From the sequence record PZ445487.1: a stretch of DNA of 64,000 bases; one strand, written 5' to 3'. Both the position numbers and the translations under genes were made by a program. Position 1 is the stretch's first letter, and every line of letters starts with the position of its first letter. Below the pieces are notes generated by a model, which was not told where the DNA came from, made no database searches, and was given only the letters and a program-made list of their open reading frames with translations. Of the stretch, positions 1-9,599 are shown one piece after another. This DNA is from a phage.

Positions 1-360
1 CATAGCGCCGAAGGAGCTAATCCAGCCGTCCAGATACAGAGACAACAACATCTTAAAGCTGTCATGGTTGCCTTGTGCCACCTTGATGATAAAGTTCGGA
101 CGCCAGTCATCGGGAACGGGGCGTCGCTTAAACTCATCAATGTTTCGCTTGGCACCCTCCCGCATCAGGCGAATGAACCCTTCAGCCCCGATGAAGCATA
201 TATCACCAGCCAGTTCAAGAACGTCCCGAGACTTCAACCCCTGAAAGATACTGTCAATGACCGCAGCGTCATGGGCTTCCTGTGTATCAAATCCACGCGG
301 TTTAAAGACCTTCTTATGCCCAAGATGAGTGTCACCAAGGTGCTTTACAATTCCCGCCAT
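1..360 (-). CDS. Calcineurin-like metallophosphoesterase, N-terminal 120 codons (gene runs off the window start); Mre11/SbcD-like motifs
   Basis: ATG at 360..358 preceded by GAGGA; open to position 1. Translation [15 protein letters not shown]...LAGDICFIG...VAQGNHDSF carries metallophosphatase motifs I-III (GDxHLG, GD, GNHD), as in Mre11/SbcD/T4 gp47-type nucleases. Not in ORF track because it has no stop in the window. Confidence 0.5.
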
Positions 361-701
361 TATGGTTTCCTCAGCCATTCTAAAATCGGTACGTTCACAA
401 ACCCTTTATGCCAACGATGCGGTTTGTGACCTCTATTATGTTCGAGCAAACACGTGTCTGGTGGGACACTGAAGTGGATGCCGTCGATGTCGTAGTAATG
501 TCCATCAATCAGAGTATACACATGACCTTCAATCTGGCTATAATGGATCTCTGCTTGAGGATACACATGCTTCAGAACCAGAGCAACCTGATAGCACTTT
601 CCGTTCTTCCCAACATACTCAACATCCACCTGTTGTGGGAAGACGTCTTTGATAAGATTTATCAATCTCGTGATGTCATTTACAACAACCGAACATTTCA
701 T
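360..701 (-). CDS. hypothetical protein (113 aa), His-rich
   Basis: ORF track 360..701; ATG at 701 abuts the stop of the upstream QueC-like gene; stop overlaps the start of the downstream phosphoesterase (TAATG). Confidence 0.5.
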
Positions 702-703
702 CT

Positions 704-1366
704 CTATGATAACTCATGGCGATGTCGAACACAGGCAGGGCAATCACAATTCTTTTTCAAAATTGGCAATTCACACCATGTCATTAAGTCATGTATTGGG
801 GACATGTGATGATAGAACCAAGATTTCTTGAGACTAATCAATGGATATAAAATTTCAATAGATCTTTCCCCGTCTCTGGTCATCATGTTGTATCCTTCAA
901 TAACTTTATTAAAGGCGGGTATCCAGTGTATTGCGTCATCGCCGTTAACATATGCCAAGATATACGTGGGTGGCAAGCCACTGCCTTTAAATTGCGTGTT
1001 TAATAACCATATCGGGGCTTGTGCTAAACAAGCGCGAAAACCACCGTTCGGGACGTTGATGCTACTGATAGGTTCTTGATGATGTGTCCAACGATACATG
1101 AGAAGTGGGGCATTTTTATTAATCCAGTTGTATATTTTATTCCTCGCCCAATTTTCGCGTTTAGATTTAAATTTATTATTTTCGAGGTGGCAATACACAG
1201 TATGAACTGAATATCCTTTCGATAGCAACCAAATCAACATGTATGTGCTATCCACCCCACCAGACCAGAACAACGTCACTTCTTGATTATTCTGCGGCAA
1301 TGGAGCATCCCCTTGAAGAACACGGTATACAAAATCACAATCAGATATTGAGACAACAATTTCCAT
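704..1366 (-). CDS. queC: PP-loop ATPase, QueC-like (7-cyano-7-deazaguanine synthase family)
   Basis: 220 aa; N-terminal LFWSGGVDSTYML resembles the QueC SGGxDS PP-loop, followed by VH.V....E as in E. coli QueC; C-terminal CDCPAC cysteine cluster resembles the QueC zinc site. Confidence 0.55.
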   Translation of the reverse strand: MEIVVSISDCDFVYRVLQGDAPLPQNNQEVTLFWSGGVDSTYMLIWLLSKGYSVHTVYCHLENNKFKSKRENWARNKIYNWINKNAPLLMYRWTHHQEPISSINVPNGGFRACLAQAPIWLLNTQFKGSGLPPTYILAYVNGDDAIHWIPAFNKVIEGYNMMTRDGERSIEILYPLISLKKSWFYHHMSPIHDLMTWCELPILKKNCDCPACVRHRHELS

Positions 1367-1662
1367 TAAAATATTCCTCTTAAAGAATCATTTATCCTGC
1401 GCAATTCGTTTTCCACTTTTATCTTCATATTTTTATCGTCGTTCACGAAAATCATTTTATCTAAATCTTCGCCATTAATCTTTGTATAAAAATAAATGTC
1501 ATGCTCAAAGAAAATCGTTTTTCCAACAGAACGCATGGCAAAGAACGTTGCGATAGTTCTTGGTAAAGGTTTGAATTTAATGGCATTGAAACGCAAAGCC
1601 TGATAGAGAGGTTTTAATGTTCCTAAGCGAATACAATGCTGGATAATTTCTTGCTCTTTCAT
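1366..1662 (-). CDS. hypothetical protein (98 aa)
   Basis: ORF track; same strand and tightly packed with neighbours; start overlaps upstream stop. Confidence 0.45.
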   Translation of the reverse strand: MKEQEIIQHCIRLGTLKPLYQALRFNAIKFKPLPRTIATFFAMRSVGKTIFFEHDIYFYTKINGEDLDKMIFVNDDKNMKIKVENELRRINDSLRGIF

Positions 1663-1718
1663 TTGTTGTGTGCCATAAAGATATGATGGTACAATGATAA
1701 TACATTATACAAATAGAA

Positions 1719-1740
1719 AAGCCCCTTTCGGGGCTTATTT
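1719..1740. terminator. stem-loop aagcccc-tttc-ggggctt followed by T-rich tract
   Basis: Perfect 7-bp GC-rich stem seen directly; overlaps stop of gene 1735..2025. Confidence 0.45.
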
Positions 1741-2025
1741 GTCTTCAGATTCGTACAAACGCCAATTGCCGATGCTAAACCATTCCCCTACATTATTTGA
1801 ATATCTGGTTGTTCGGACTCCTCCGACTTCATACGCCCATTTGAAGAATTTCCATTTGGACGATAAAGAAGGACATTCGCTTCCAGATTTCAAAGAACAC
1901 GCTGTGAGCCAACGTGTAATACTGAGAGCCTGAAAAATCGGATGGATAAATGAAGAATACAATATCCAAAGCGTTATGACAACAAAAACAATGGTCGTGA
2001 TCACCCCGACAATTTGAAAGAACAT
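1735..2025 (-). CDS. small membrane protein (96 aa)
   Basis: ATG at 2025 preceded by GGAGG at 7-nt spacing; N-terminal hydrophobic segment FFQIVGVITTIVFVVITLWIL. Confidence 0.5.
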   Translation of the reverse strand: MFFQIVGVITTIVFVVITLWILYSSFIHPIFQALSITRWLTACSLKSGSECPSLSSKWKFFKWAYEVGGVRTTRYSNNVGEWFSIGNWRLYESEDK

Positions 2026-2102
2026 TTAAGAACCTCCAAAATATTGAACACAGACTATGAAGAAAACTATGATTGTAAACAACCATGAAAACAAGGAAAG
2101 AT

Positions 2103-2735
2103 TCATCCTTCTACCTTCAGCCCCATCAGGTCTTCCATGGTTTTCTGAATGCGTAGCCAGTCAAGCGCCGCATCATAACGAGGATCATGATAGACCATGC
2201 CTTCCAGTTCCCACGCCTTGATACCAGCATATCGATCCTGCTGCCCAACACCCTTCAGCCAGCTTACGATGTCAAATGTGTGGTGATAGTCCCAAGGTTC
2301 GTTGGAATCTTGCTTACACGTCACCTCAATGATGTGCTGAGCCTTGCGTAGGTCAAACAGATTCCTATCACACCAGTCAACCGATCGCGGGTCGATCCCA
2401 AGGCGATGGCATCCCCTGCGAATTTCATCGGCCAATTTGAAAATAGAAATATCCTTGTCGGTCGGATATAGACTGATAGTTCGGGCGGCGTCGCACGGGT
2501 TGCGTTTACCTGTACCCAGCCACCATTCCACAGTGCCCTGGTCTTTCACACGGCCAAGTTCAATCTGTTCTTTGACATTCAGTTTGATAAATGTCGTGCG
2601 CTCTACAACAAGCTGCTGAAGAGTATAACGCTTGGTCAGGTCGGCGATAGTCTGTGCCCAAGACAACATGACAGCATCATCCCAACGACCGAGAGTTTCG
2701 CTATCAGCGACGGCCAAGAAATTAGATTTATACAT
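2103..2735 (-). CDS. 3'-5' exonuclease, DnaQ/DEDDh family (T4 DexA-like)
   Basis: 210 aa; Exo I-like motif AVADSETLG (DxE), WW motif (TVEWWLG), C-terminal YHDPRYDAALD (H-x4-D Exo III motif). Confidence 0.6.
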   Translation of the reverse strand: MYKSNFLAVADSETLGRWDDAVMLSWAQTIADLTKRYTLQQLVVERTTFIKLNVKEQIELGRVKDQGTVEWWLGTGKRNPCDAARTISLYPTDKDISIFKLADEIRRGCHRLGIDPRSVDWCDRNLFDLRKAQHIIEVTCKQDSNEPWDYHHTFDIVSWLKGVGQQDRYAGIKAWELEGMVYHDPRYDAALDWLRIQKTMEDLMGLKVEG

Positions 2736-3072
2736 CAGTTTCCCCTGCTTTCTCTAAAAGGAGTTTCAAAGGATATGTCCCACAAGCGGTGGCATACTCG
2801 ACTTTGAAATATGAATTATCGTTCATGGCGAAATTTCGATGTGGGAAATATTCCCCGTCATCCAACCCGCCTAATCCCCCGCCGACGCGATATTGTTTCA
2901 ACTCAACTTCGCCGCCATAACGGAGTTGGGCATATAGGCCGATAGGAGCGCGAACGTAATGCTCCAGCCATACCCAATTTCCGTCGTGTAAACGTGTAGG
3001 GATAAATGCAAAACGCACCTTGGGATGAAGAACGGCTTTGGCGAGCATCTCTTCTGTTATTTCACGCTTCAT
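2728..3072 (-). CDS. hypothetical protein (114 aa)
   Basis: ORF track; overlapping start/stop with neighbours in an operon-like arrangement. Confidence 0.45.
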   Translation of the reverse strand: MKREITEEMLAKAVLHPKVRFAFIPTRLHDGNWVWLEHYVRAPIGLYAQLRYGGEVELKQYRVGGGLGGLDDGEYFPHRNFAMNDNSYFKVEYATACGTYPLKLLLEKAGETDV

Positions 3073-3674
3073 CCAATACCTTCCTCTTCGATGATATCTT
3101 CTTCACTAGCGACGACAGAGATTCCGTAGTCCACCATCTGGGAAAGTTCTTGTAAATCTTGTTCAAACCCGTCACCCTGTCGGATATAAAAGACGGGTAC
3201 GACACGACGCCTGGTATCTTCGAAGATAGTCTCCGCGATTTTATTAATCTGACTCACTACATGAAACAGTTTCAAACCACCGATGCCACAGCCGATGGCG
3301 GGTAAACCAACATAGACTGTTTCGTCAGTTTTTGCCTCAATGATATCGTGAACTTGTTCAAACATAATCTGAACTGAACTGATAATGGAAGGCATGCGTG
3401 CGTTAGGACCAGGGTAGAACTGAGTATACAAATTGAATCCCCAGACACCAGTGTCATGATCAAACGCATAGGACATGTTCCCCAAACGTTGTTCCGGACC
3501 ACGTTCATCTAATTGGTCGGCTCGGTAAATTTCTGGGAAATCTAATCGAACATGGTTGGCGATACCTGCGCCCATCACAGACCAACAATTTGCTCCATGA
3601 GCGAAAGCATTGATGAGATTAAAACTCGTAGCGGCTTTCAGTAAATCGCCGTTTGTGATAACATATGTGGTCAT
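3069..3674 (-). CDS. macro-domain protein (ADP-ribose binding/hydrolase fold)
   Basis: Start moved to ATG 3674 (GGAG at 9 nt; ATGA overlap with upstream stop). Motifs NAFAHGANCWSVMGAGIA and LPAIGCGIGGL resemble the macro-domain signatures (NAAN...GGGV and PxIGTGxxG). Confidence 0.6.
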   Translation of the reverse strand: MTTYVITNGDLLKAATSFNLINAFAHGANCWSVMGAGIANHVRLDFPEIYRADQLDERGPEQRLGNMSYAFDHDTGVWGFNLYTQFYPGPNARMPSIISSVQIMFEQVHDIIEAKTDETVYVGLPAIGCGIGGLKLFHVVSQINKIAETIFEDTRRRVVPVFYIRQGDGFEQDLQELSQMVDYGISVVASEEDIIEEEGIG

Positions 3675-3907
3675 GCGTAACGTCTCCATTGTATAATTTC
3701 GTTGTTGACACAGCTAACCTGGATGATACACATATTCTGGCGATGGTCAGTGAGTGTCATAATAAAACTATCTGTCTGTGTCATAACGCAATTGACAGAT
3801 ATTCCTCGCATCATCAAACGAACACAGATTTCTTGATATAATCGTTTCATGTATCCTGAAACTGAAGCGGACTCATACACGCGTTCAAATTCATATAACT
3901 CGTTCAT
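3671..3907 (-). CDS. hypothetical protein (78 aa)
   Basis: ORF track; overlaps neighbours by 4 nt at both ends. Confidence 0.4.
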   Translation of the reverse strand: MNELYEFERVYESASVSGYMKRLYQEICVRLMMRGISVNCVMTQTDSFIMTLTDHRQNMCIIQVSCVNNEIIQWRRYA

Positions 3908-4128
3908 TTATTCAGACCATCAATAGCGTGTTCAGAAATATATTCAACAAATTGGTTATCAGCTGCCATCTTTAAAAGTTCAAATAATTCCGTTCCAACG
4001 GTACTCCCAAACATCCCTTCCAATACACCCTGAACATCTTCATCTATTTCTTCGATGACGAGTCCATACGATTTCAGGCGGCGTGAAATAGCACGGAACT
4101 GGGCAATATCACCAATTTCATTTGCCAT
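3904..4128 (-). CDS. hypothetical protein (74 aa)
   Basis: ORF track; ATGA-type overlap with downstream gene. Confidence 0.4.
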   Translation of the reverse strand: MANEIGDIAQFRAISRRLKSYGLVIEEIDEDVQGVLEGMFGSTVGTELFELLKMAADNQFVEYISEHAIDGLNK

Positions 4129-4177
4129 GTTATTTGTCTCATTATGGGGTTAGGCGGCAATTATACCGCCAATTTAT

Positions 4178-4591
4178 TCAATAGAGGTCTTCGGAAAAGA
4201 GTTTTTTGAAAGGAGTGTTCTTCAAACGGACCTGATTAGTTTGTCCGGCTTCACGGGCGACCACAGCGGCCTCTTCACGGGACATCCATTGCCCATAGTT
4301 ATCAATAAACCCTTGTTCACGAGTGTGGGTGGTTTCGATAATACCTGCTTCCTTCAATCGTTTGAGTTGCGTGTTCATCAATTTGTCGTGATGTCGGGCG
4401 CTTACAACGATCACATCACCATATTTGTTGGCAGCAGCCACAACACGCCGATCAAACTTGGTTGGGTCAGGTATATCACGAGCATACAAGGCGATGTGAG
4501 TGTCGTCCACGTCCCCTTTCACTTCAGAGTATAATTGACACCCATTAGGAGATCCAGTAGGCAAAGAACGAAAATATCCAAGTAATTTCAT
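4178..4591 (-). CDS. hypothetical protein (137 aa)
   Basis: ORF track; same strand as flanking genes; no motif recognised. Confidence 0.45.
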   Translation of the reverse strand: MKLLGYFRSLPTGSPNGCQLYSEVKGDVDDTHIALYARDIPDPTKFDRRVVAAANKYGDVIVVSARHHDKLMNTQLKRLKEAGIIETTHTREQGFIDNYGQWMSREEAAVVAREAGQTNQVRLKNTPFKKLFSEDLY

Positions 4592-4594
4592 AAT

Positions 4595-4906
4595 CTAATC
4601 TATCCATATTTCAGGTTCAGGAATATCGACCATCTCCACGGTTTGATTCTTTAATTCGTGGAAACAATCTCCAAGGAATTGTAATTTACCATCAGTCAAG
4701 AACAAATGACAACGACTCGCCGGATGAGAATGATTCACCAACAGACTAGGAGTGAAAGTCGGTGATTCGAGATCGTGATTCCATTGCCATATTGGGCCAG
4801 GCATTTGCCCTGAAATGCGATAAGGATGAAGCATATTACATCCAGGACAATGAAAATATATGGAACCACCCATTGATAATAATTTTGGAGTCAATAATTT
4901 TGACAT
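4595..4906 (-). CDS. hypothetical protein with CxxC zinc-ribbon-like motif (103 aa)
   Basis: Start moved to ATG 4906 (GGAGG at 7 nt); contains HCPGC...C...C. Confidence 0.45.
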   Translation of the reverse strand: MSKLLTPKLLSMGGSIYFHCPGCNMLHPYRISGQMPGPIWQWNHDLESPTFTPSLLVNHSHPASRCHLFLTDGKLQFLGDCFHELKNQTVEMVDIPEPEIWID

Positions 4907-4907
4907 A

Positions 4908-5186
4908 TCACGCCTCCACTTCTTCATCAGGATTGTATGGGTGTAATTCTCCAATTAACTTAGGGAATAATGCGAATCCAAATAAATTAAATGAACGCAT
5001 GGTGCCAACCATACCCACTTCATCCGATTCGGTTACATCAGAAAGAGCGCAAAGAGGTATCCATAAATCTTGTTGGCCTTCATGATTGACAAAAGCAACT
5101 TCCTCTTTAATAAAACGAGGGCATAAGATATCGAACAACCAATAGAAGAAAGTCAGCAATGAGAGACTGCGGAAATATACAAACAT
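4908..5186 (-). CDS. small membrane protein (92 aa)
   Basis: Start moved to ATG 5186; hydrophobic LSLLTFFYWLFDIL segment; stop adjacent to next start. Confidence 0.4.
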   Translation of the reverse strand: MFVYFRSLSLLTFFYWLFDILCPRFIKEEVAFVNHEGQQDLWIPLCALSDVTESDEVGMVGTMRSFNLFGFALFPKLIGELHPYNPDEEVEA

Positions 5187-5228
5187 GGTGAACCCCTTGC
5201 TTGTTTGGAGGGAATTCACCCTCCGGAT

Positions 5229-6560
5229 TTATAGGCCCAATGCCTTTTCAAGATCATCTAAATCTTCAGTATAAAGATCGATGTCTTGCTTATTATTTAA
5301 TTCTTCTCGTTGAACTTCTAAATTCTTTATCTGGTTCAACAAACGTTCACGGGCATCTAGTGTAATTGATGATAAAGACATCTTGAATAAATCATCGAGA
5401 TCGCCATCAAAATCAGGATAGTCTGTCTGGAATAACGCTTTCAGTTCCGTGAGGCTCCGGCGCATATCTGTAACGACAGCCCACCCAATGAATATGGCAC
5501 GATTGTTCAAACGGTGTATTTTGTCGGTCAATTCCTTGATAAGATACTGACGTCTATCTTCATAGCGACTCAGGCGATAATTGAAAAATGGAAGCAACAT
5601 ATCTTTCCAACCATCGTAACGGTGAATAACACCATCTTCATCCCAAGCTGTCCACACGGGCTTATTAGCTGAGTAGAGGCGGAACATTTGTTCAACCTGT
5701 TCGTCATTCAACTTAGACAATTCACCCCGCTTGAATACAACAGTGATATCCCAACCATCTTCGGTCGTATCGTTAGCATATTCAGTGAGTATGCCGGATT
5801 TGTACAACGGCAACAACACTTTGGTCTCATAGGTTTTAGAGAACCAACCAATAGGAACCTCGGTGATGTTCAGAGTGGTTGCATTGACGCGGGTGAACAA
5901 ACCACGACTGTATGCTCTTCCTTCCTCAGTATAGCCTGTCTCTCCTTTGAAACCATTCCAGTACGGTTTTAAGTCCTTCGGGTCTTCGCCACGGAGAAGT
6001 GCTCTCAGGGCACTGAGTACGGACTTAACGCAGTGACATGGGGTGTCGGTGGCATAACCCGAGCCGATACCATTGATACCATTCACGAGAAACATGGGCA
6101 GGATGGGTAAAAAGAATTTCGGCTCCAGTTTCTCTTCCCCAAGATAATTGTATTCCAATATCCCATCGTCCTCCTTTCGGAAGATTTTACGGATAACTTC
6201 AGACACTGCCACTGAAATATAACGAGCGGAAGACGCTTCGCGCCCCATGATTGAACCAAACTGTCCGTCGCGGTCAAAGTATGGGATGTTATTCGTACCT
6301 GGGAACCCCTGAGCCATGTTCACGATCGTACCGCTCATGTTCTCACCACCGGATTTGTAATTCGTGCGAGCGGCGGCGAACATGCCAAGGCGGTCAACAA
6401 TCTCCTCCTTGTTGTATTCAAGAGCAGCGAAGAGTATCTTGCGCTGGCTTGGCTTCAGGCTGTCAATCAGCTGAGGGATTTGACGGATGCTGTTGACCAC
6501 GGAAAACTCCTTGTGGTCAGTGTTGACAAAGTCCGTTACAGTAATGCTCTTGGCAACCAT
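5229..6560 (-). CDS. 52: DNA topoisomerase II medium subunit (T4 gp52-like, GyrA-type)
   Basis: 443 aa from ATG 6560 (GAGG 9 nt upstream), versus 442 aa for T4 gp52; motifs IDSLKPSQRKILFAAL, GQFGS...ARYI, FFLPILPMFLVNGINGIGSGYAT parallel T4 gp52. Confidence 0.85.
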   Translation of the reverse strand: MVAKSITVTDFVNTDHKEFSVVNSIRQIPQLIDSLKPSQRKILFAALEYNKEEIVDRLGMFAAARTNYKSGGENMSGTIVNMAQGFPGTNNIPYFDRDGQFGSIMGREASSARYISVAVSEVIRKIFRKEDDGILEYNYLGEEKLEPKFFLPILPMFLVNGINGIGSGYATDTPCHCVKSVLSALRALLRGEDPKDLKPYWNGFKGETGYTEEGRAYSRGLFTRVNATTLNITEVPIGWFSKTYETKVLLPLYKSGILTEYANDTTEDGWDITVVFKRGELSKLNDEQVEQMFRLYSANKPVWTAWDEDGVIHRYDGWKDMLLPFFNYRLSRYEDRRQYLIKELTDKIHRLNNRAIFIGWAVVTDMRRSLTELKALFQTDYPDFDGDLDDLFKMSLSSITLDARERLLNQIKNLEVQREELNNKQDIDLYTEDLDDLEKALGL

Positions 6561-6561
6561 C

Positions 6562-8475
6562 TTATTCATCCTCGGTTTCAAATAGGCAAACATCGCTAAA
6601 CCAGGTTTTGCGGTAATCGGCGGCCTCATCACCGAAGCCATTCTTCAGTGACTGCTTGTATCCATCGTCCAGCGTGACCGTCGTAGTATACGCATCCAGG
6701 TTGTTTAGAATACGCTTGAAGTCTTCAGTGCTGTTACCGCCAAGACCTTTCAGATATTTCTTCTTCGTGATCTTCTTGGCGTCAGGTGTCTTCAGGAACT
6801 CCTCATATTCGGCATTGTTCATGAATTCATGCATTATATTACCACACCACACGCGCATGTATGGGGTACGAAGGAGCTTCAGCCTACCCTGACGAACGTA
6901 TTCAGGCCAGAACGTACAATACAGAGTTATTAACAACCCACGGATGTGAATGCCGTCGTCATCCGCGTCTGTTGCCACGACGGTCTGTGGATAGCGACTG
7001 ATATCAAGCGGCTGGCCTGGCACAGCACCGCCGTGAATGGTGCATAAATTCTTGAATTCTTCGTTCGCCATCACTTTTGAGCGCGGGGCGTTCAAGCAGT
7101 TGATAAACTTACCACGAAGCGGGAACAAACCAATTTTCTTGGTATCACGAGCGTTCAGGATAGGGTTGGATGCGCTATCACCTTCTGTCAGTAGCAGCGA
7201 ACACCCACTGCGGTCGCCTCTGGCGGTCGCCGGATAATACTTCTCAATCTCACGATAATCCCGTTTGCTGATATCCTTCTTCGCCTTTTCAAATTCGGCA
7301 TCTTCTTGTTCATTGCGTAATGAAGCCAGTTCTTTACTCAGCCCTGCTGTCACGAACTCAAGCGCCTTACGAATCAGACGTTCGCTTGGCTTGTAGGTCG
7401 TGCCAAACTGGCTAACAGGAGTCGTCATGCGCTCCTTGGTCTGGCTGTCAAAGCGAGGGTTGTTGATGTCGGCGGCGATGAACAATGACATGTGGTTCTT
7501 GATCATCGCTGGCTTCAGTTCGGTCTTGAACTTCTTAACCAGCTGAGGGCGTATAGCCGCCACGATCTGGTCAGCAACATAATCAACGTGAGGTCCACCG
7601 ATGTGCGTGGCGATTGAGTTCACGTATGATGCATGCATGAACGCACCAGATGAGGGAGTGATAGCAACAGACCAATCATCCGTTTCATCAACAGCCGAGC
7701 CAGCGTAGAAGTAATCAACGAAATGACCAAATCGATCAATGCGGATTTGCTTGCCGTTGAGAACAACCTTCAGGCGCGGGTTGCATGCCGCCACTTCGAA
7801 TGCACGACGGTAAATCATGAGCAGGTTGTTCTGGTCAAGCCCCTTAACACCCAGGCGCGCATAATCAGGGATCCAGGCAATAGTGGTGCCGAACTCTTTC
7901 GGTGTATTGCCGATGACCGGATTGGACTTCTTGCTCATGTTGTCTTCAAACAGCTGAGTATAAGACTTCTTGCCGTCACTGGTAGCAACGCGGAACCACT
8001 TTGAGAACACGTTGACGAGCGAAGCCCCTTCACCGTTCTGGCCGCCGGACTTCTGGTTGTTGTACTCCTCGTCCTCATCGTTGAAGTTGCTGCCCGCATA
8101 GAGCGAGCCAAACAACATCTCAGGGAGCCACTCATTGGTGACGCCATGCTTGACCACAGGGATACCCCCGTTGTCAGAAACGATGATTTGACCGTTCATA
8201 GGGGAGACCGTGACGGTGATTTCCGTCAAGCCTTTACCCTCAGAGGTCTTGCTGTGGTCAACACAGTTGGTGATGATTTCATCAAACTGTTTGATCAGCG
8301 CAGGGGAGTACTCAAAGTTGTCACGGAAGATGACTTTGTCTTTGGTTGGGTCATACACCCACACCGTCCCCACAGACGAACGGATACTGCCCAGATGACG
8401 CTCTGGGCGAAGTAGGATATGCTCTATGTGAGTGAGCTTTTTGTATTTGCGTTCAATATCAATTTTGTTGGACAT
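6562..8475 (-). CDS. 39: DNA topoisomerase II large subunit (T4 gp39/gp60-like, GyrB-type ATPase)
   Basis: 637 aa; GHKL ATPase and TOPRIM-like content; immediately upstream of gp52 on the same strand. Confidence 0.85.
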   Translation of the reverse strand: MSNKIDIERKYKKLTHIEHILLRPERHLGSIRSSVGTVWVYDPTKDKVIFRDNFEYSPALIKQFDEIITNCVDHSKTSEGKGLTEITVTVSPMNGQIIVSDNGGIPVVKHGVTNEWLPEMLFGSLYAGSNFNDEDEEYNNQKSGGQNGEGASLVNVFSKWFRVATSDGKKSYTQLFEDNMSKKSNPVIGNTPKEFGTTIAWIPDYARLGVKGLDQNNLLMIYRRAFEVAACNPRLKVVLNGKQIRIDRFGHFVDYFYAGSAVDETDDWSVAITPSSGAFMHASYVNSIATHIGGPHVDYVADQIVAAIRPQLVKKFKTELKPAMIKNHMSLFIAADINNPRFDSQTKERMTTPVSQFGTTYKPSERLIRKALEFVTAGLSKELASLRNEQEDAEFEKAKKDISKRDYREIEKYYPATARGDRSGCSLLLTEGDSASNPILNARDTKKIGLFPLRGKFINCLNAPRSKVMANEEFKNLCTIHGGAVPGQPLDISRYPQTVVATDADDDGIHIRGLLITLYCTFWPEYVRQGRLKLLRTPYMRVWCGNIMHEFMNNAEYEEFLKTPDAKKITKKKYLKGLGGNSTEDFKRILNNLDAYTTTVTLDDGYKQSLKNGFGDEAADYRKTWFSDVCLFETEDE

Positions 8476-8524
8476 CGGCCTATCCCGTCAATGGTAAACA
8501 CACAAGATTATGTATGGGGTTGGC

Positions 8525-9103
8525 TTATAGACCAAATTTACCACGCCACTTTTCAACTTTGTGTTCTATGGCATGTTCTACTTTAACGATCGTGTTGATA
8601 TGGTTTTGATTATACCCACACGCCAATTTGGCAGTATTGCGTATCAGATTTGAAACCAGGTCCACCATATTATCTTCTGAACGTTGAGGTTGGTTCAGTA
8701 AACGAGTGATGCGGCCTTTGTAATGATTAACCATCGCAAGATATTTGTCTATAGTTTCAACACCACTGCAGAACCAATAATCCTCCAACGTATGTTGGCT
8801 GAGATCAGTTGTGTGATTGGCCGTAGCCAAAGCAAACACCATGGAGTCAAAGATTTCTTCTTTGGTCATAGACCCATGTTGTTGAACTTGTTGATAATCC
8901 ACAACATATAATAGATCCAGAGCCGAGATGATAACGTCCGCCACTTCACCGTTCAGGGGTTCGGATGCAGCGATTCCATAAAGCACATCTGATAGTTCAC
9001 AAGACTCTTCCACGAGTTTGCAATATACAAACACAGGAGAACGATTAGGATCGCGCTGGCTGAGTTCATATGATGTGTTGAAGATAATTTTTAGAAAATT
9101 CAT
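8525..9103 (-). CDS. MazG-like all-alpha NTP pyrophosphohydrolase (T4 gp56 dCTPase analogue?)
   Basis: 192 aa; KLVEESCELSDVL and EVADVIISALDLLY resemble the paired E-x-x-E / E-x-x-D helices of the MazG/HisE family. Confidence 0.45.
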   Translation of the reverse strand: MNFLKIIFNTSYELSQRDPNRSPVFVYCKLVEESCELSDVLYGIAASEPLNGEVADVIISALDLLYVVDYQQVQQHGSMTKEEIFDSMVFALATANHTTDLSQHTLEDYWFCSGVETIDKYLAMVNHYKGRITRLLNQPQRSEDNMVDLVSNLIRNTAKLACGYNQNHINTIVKVEHAIEHKVEKWRGKFGL

Positions 9104-9116
9104 TTCAAATATCCTT

Positions 9117-9599
9117 CTAGACGGAAGCGGTTAATATGCTGTATGATAAAATCCATAGAGTTTTGAAAACTGTATTTCCCTGATGCTCATATGCATGAAT
9201 AAGGGGAAGACGGCTGTGGGCCAATTGGAATCTCAACTTGGATGGCATTGTCAGCAATTTTTGACTCGTCGCTGCGATAATGTCTCGTTTAAATTTGGGA
9301 TCATCAGGGGACAATACAACGATGCGTGACTTGGCCAGGGTTTGTCCAAATTGCTTGGCGTCGTTCCCGTAAAGACTACGCAAGTCGTCGTGGCGATATT
9401 TTAGCCAATACCAGTAGCCTTCTATTGAGTTGAAATTACCATCAACAGTATCCATGGGATGGTATGCAAAATGGGAAAGGAATCTGCCTAGTTCTGTGCG
9501 ACTTCGACTGTATATGTTGTAATGGGTCTTACCTTCACTATCCGGCGTCATACGTTCTTTTGGAACATTGAGTAATGGGAGCATGATATAGGGTCTCAA
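9117..9599 (-). CDS. hypothetical protein (about 160 aa; start uncertain)
   Basis: ORF track; first codon of the listed ORF is TTG; internal ATGs at 9584 and 9551 lack clear SD. Confidence 0.45.
   Translation of the reverse strand: MRPYIMLPLLNVPKERMTPDSEGKTHYNIYSRSRTELGRFLSHFAYHPMDTVDGNFNSIEGYWYWLKYRHDDLRSLYGNDAKQFGQTLAKSRIVVLSPDDPKFKRDIIAATSQKLLTMPSKLRFQLAHSRLPLIHAYEHQGNTVFKTLWILSYSILTASV

Noticed and set aside
2026-2106. 27-codon ORF (MNLSLFSWLFTIIVFFIVCVQYFGGS) between the exonuclease gene and the 96-aa membrane protein
   Set aside because: Plausible (ATGA overlap with upstream stop) but too short to call without expression data.
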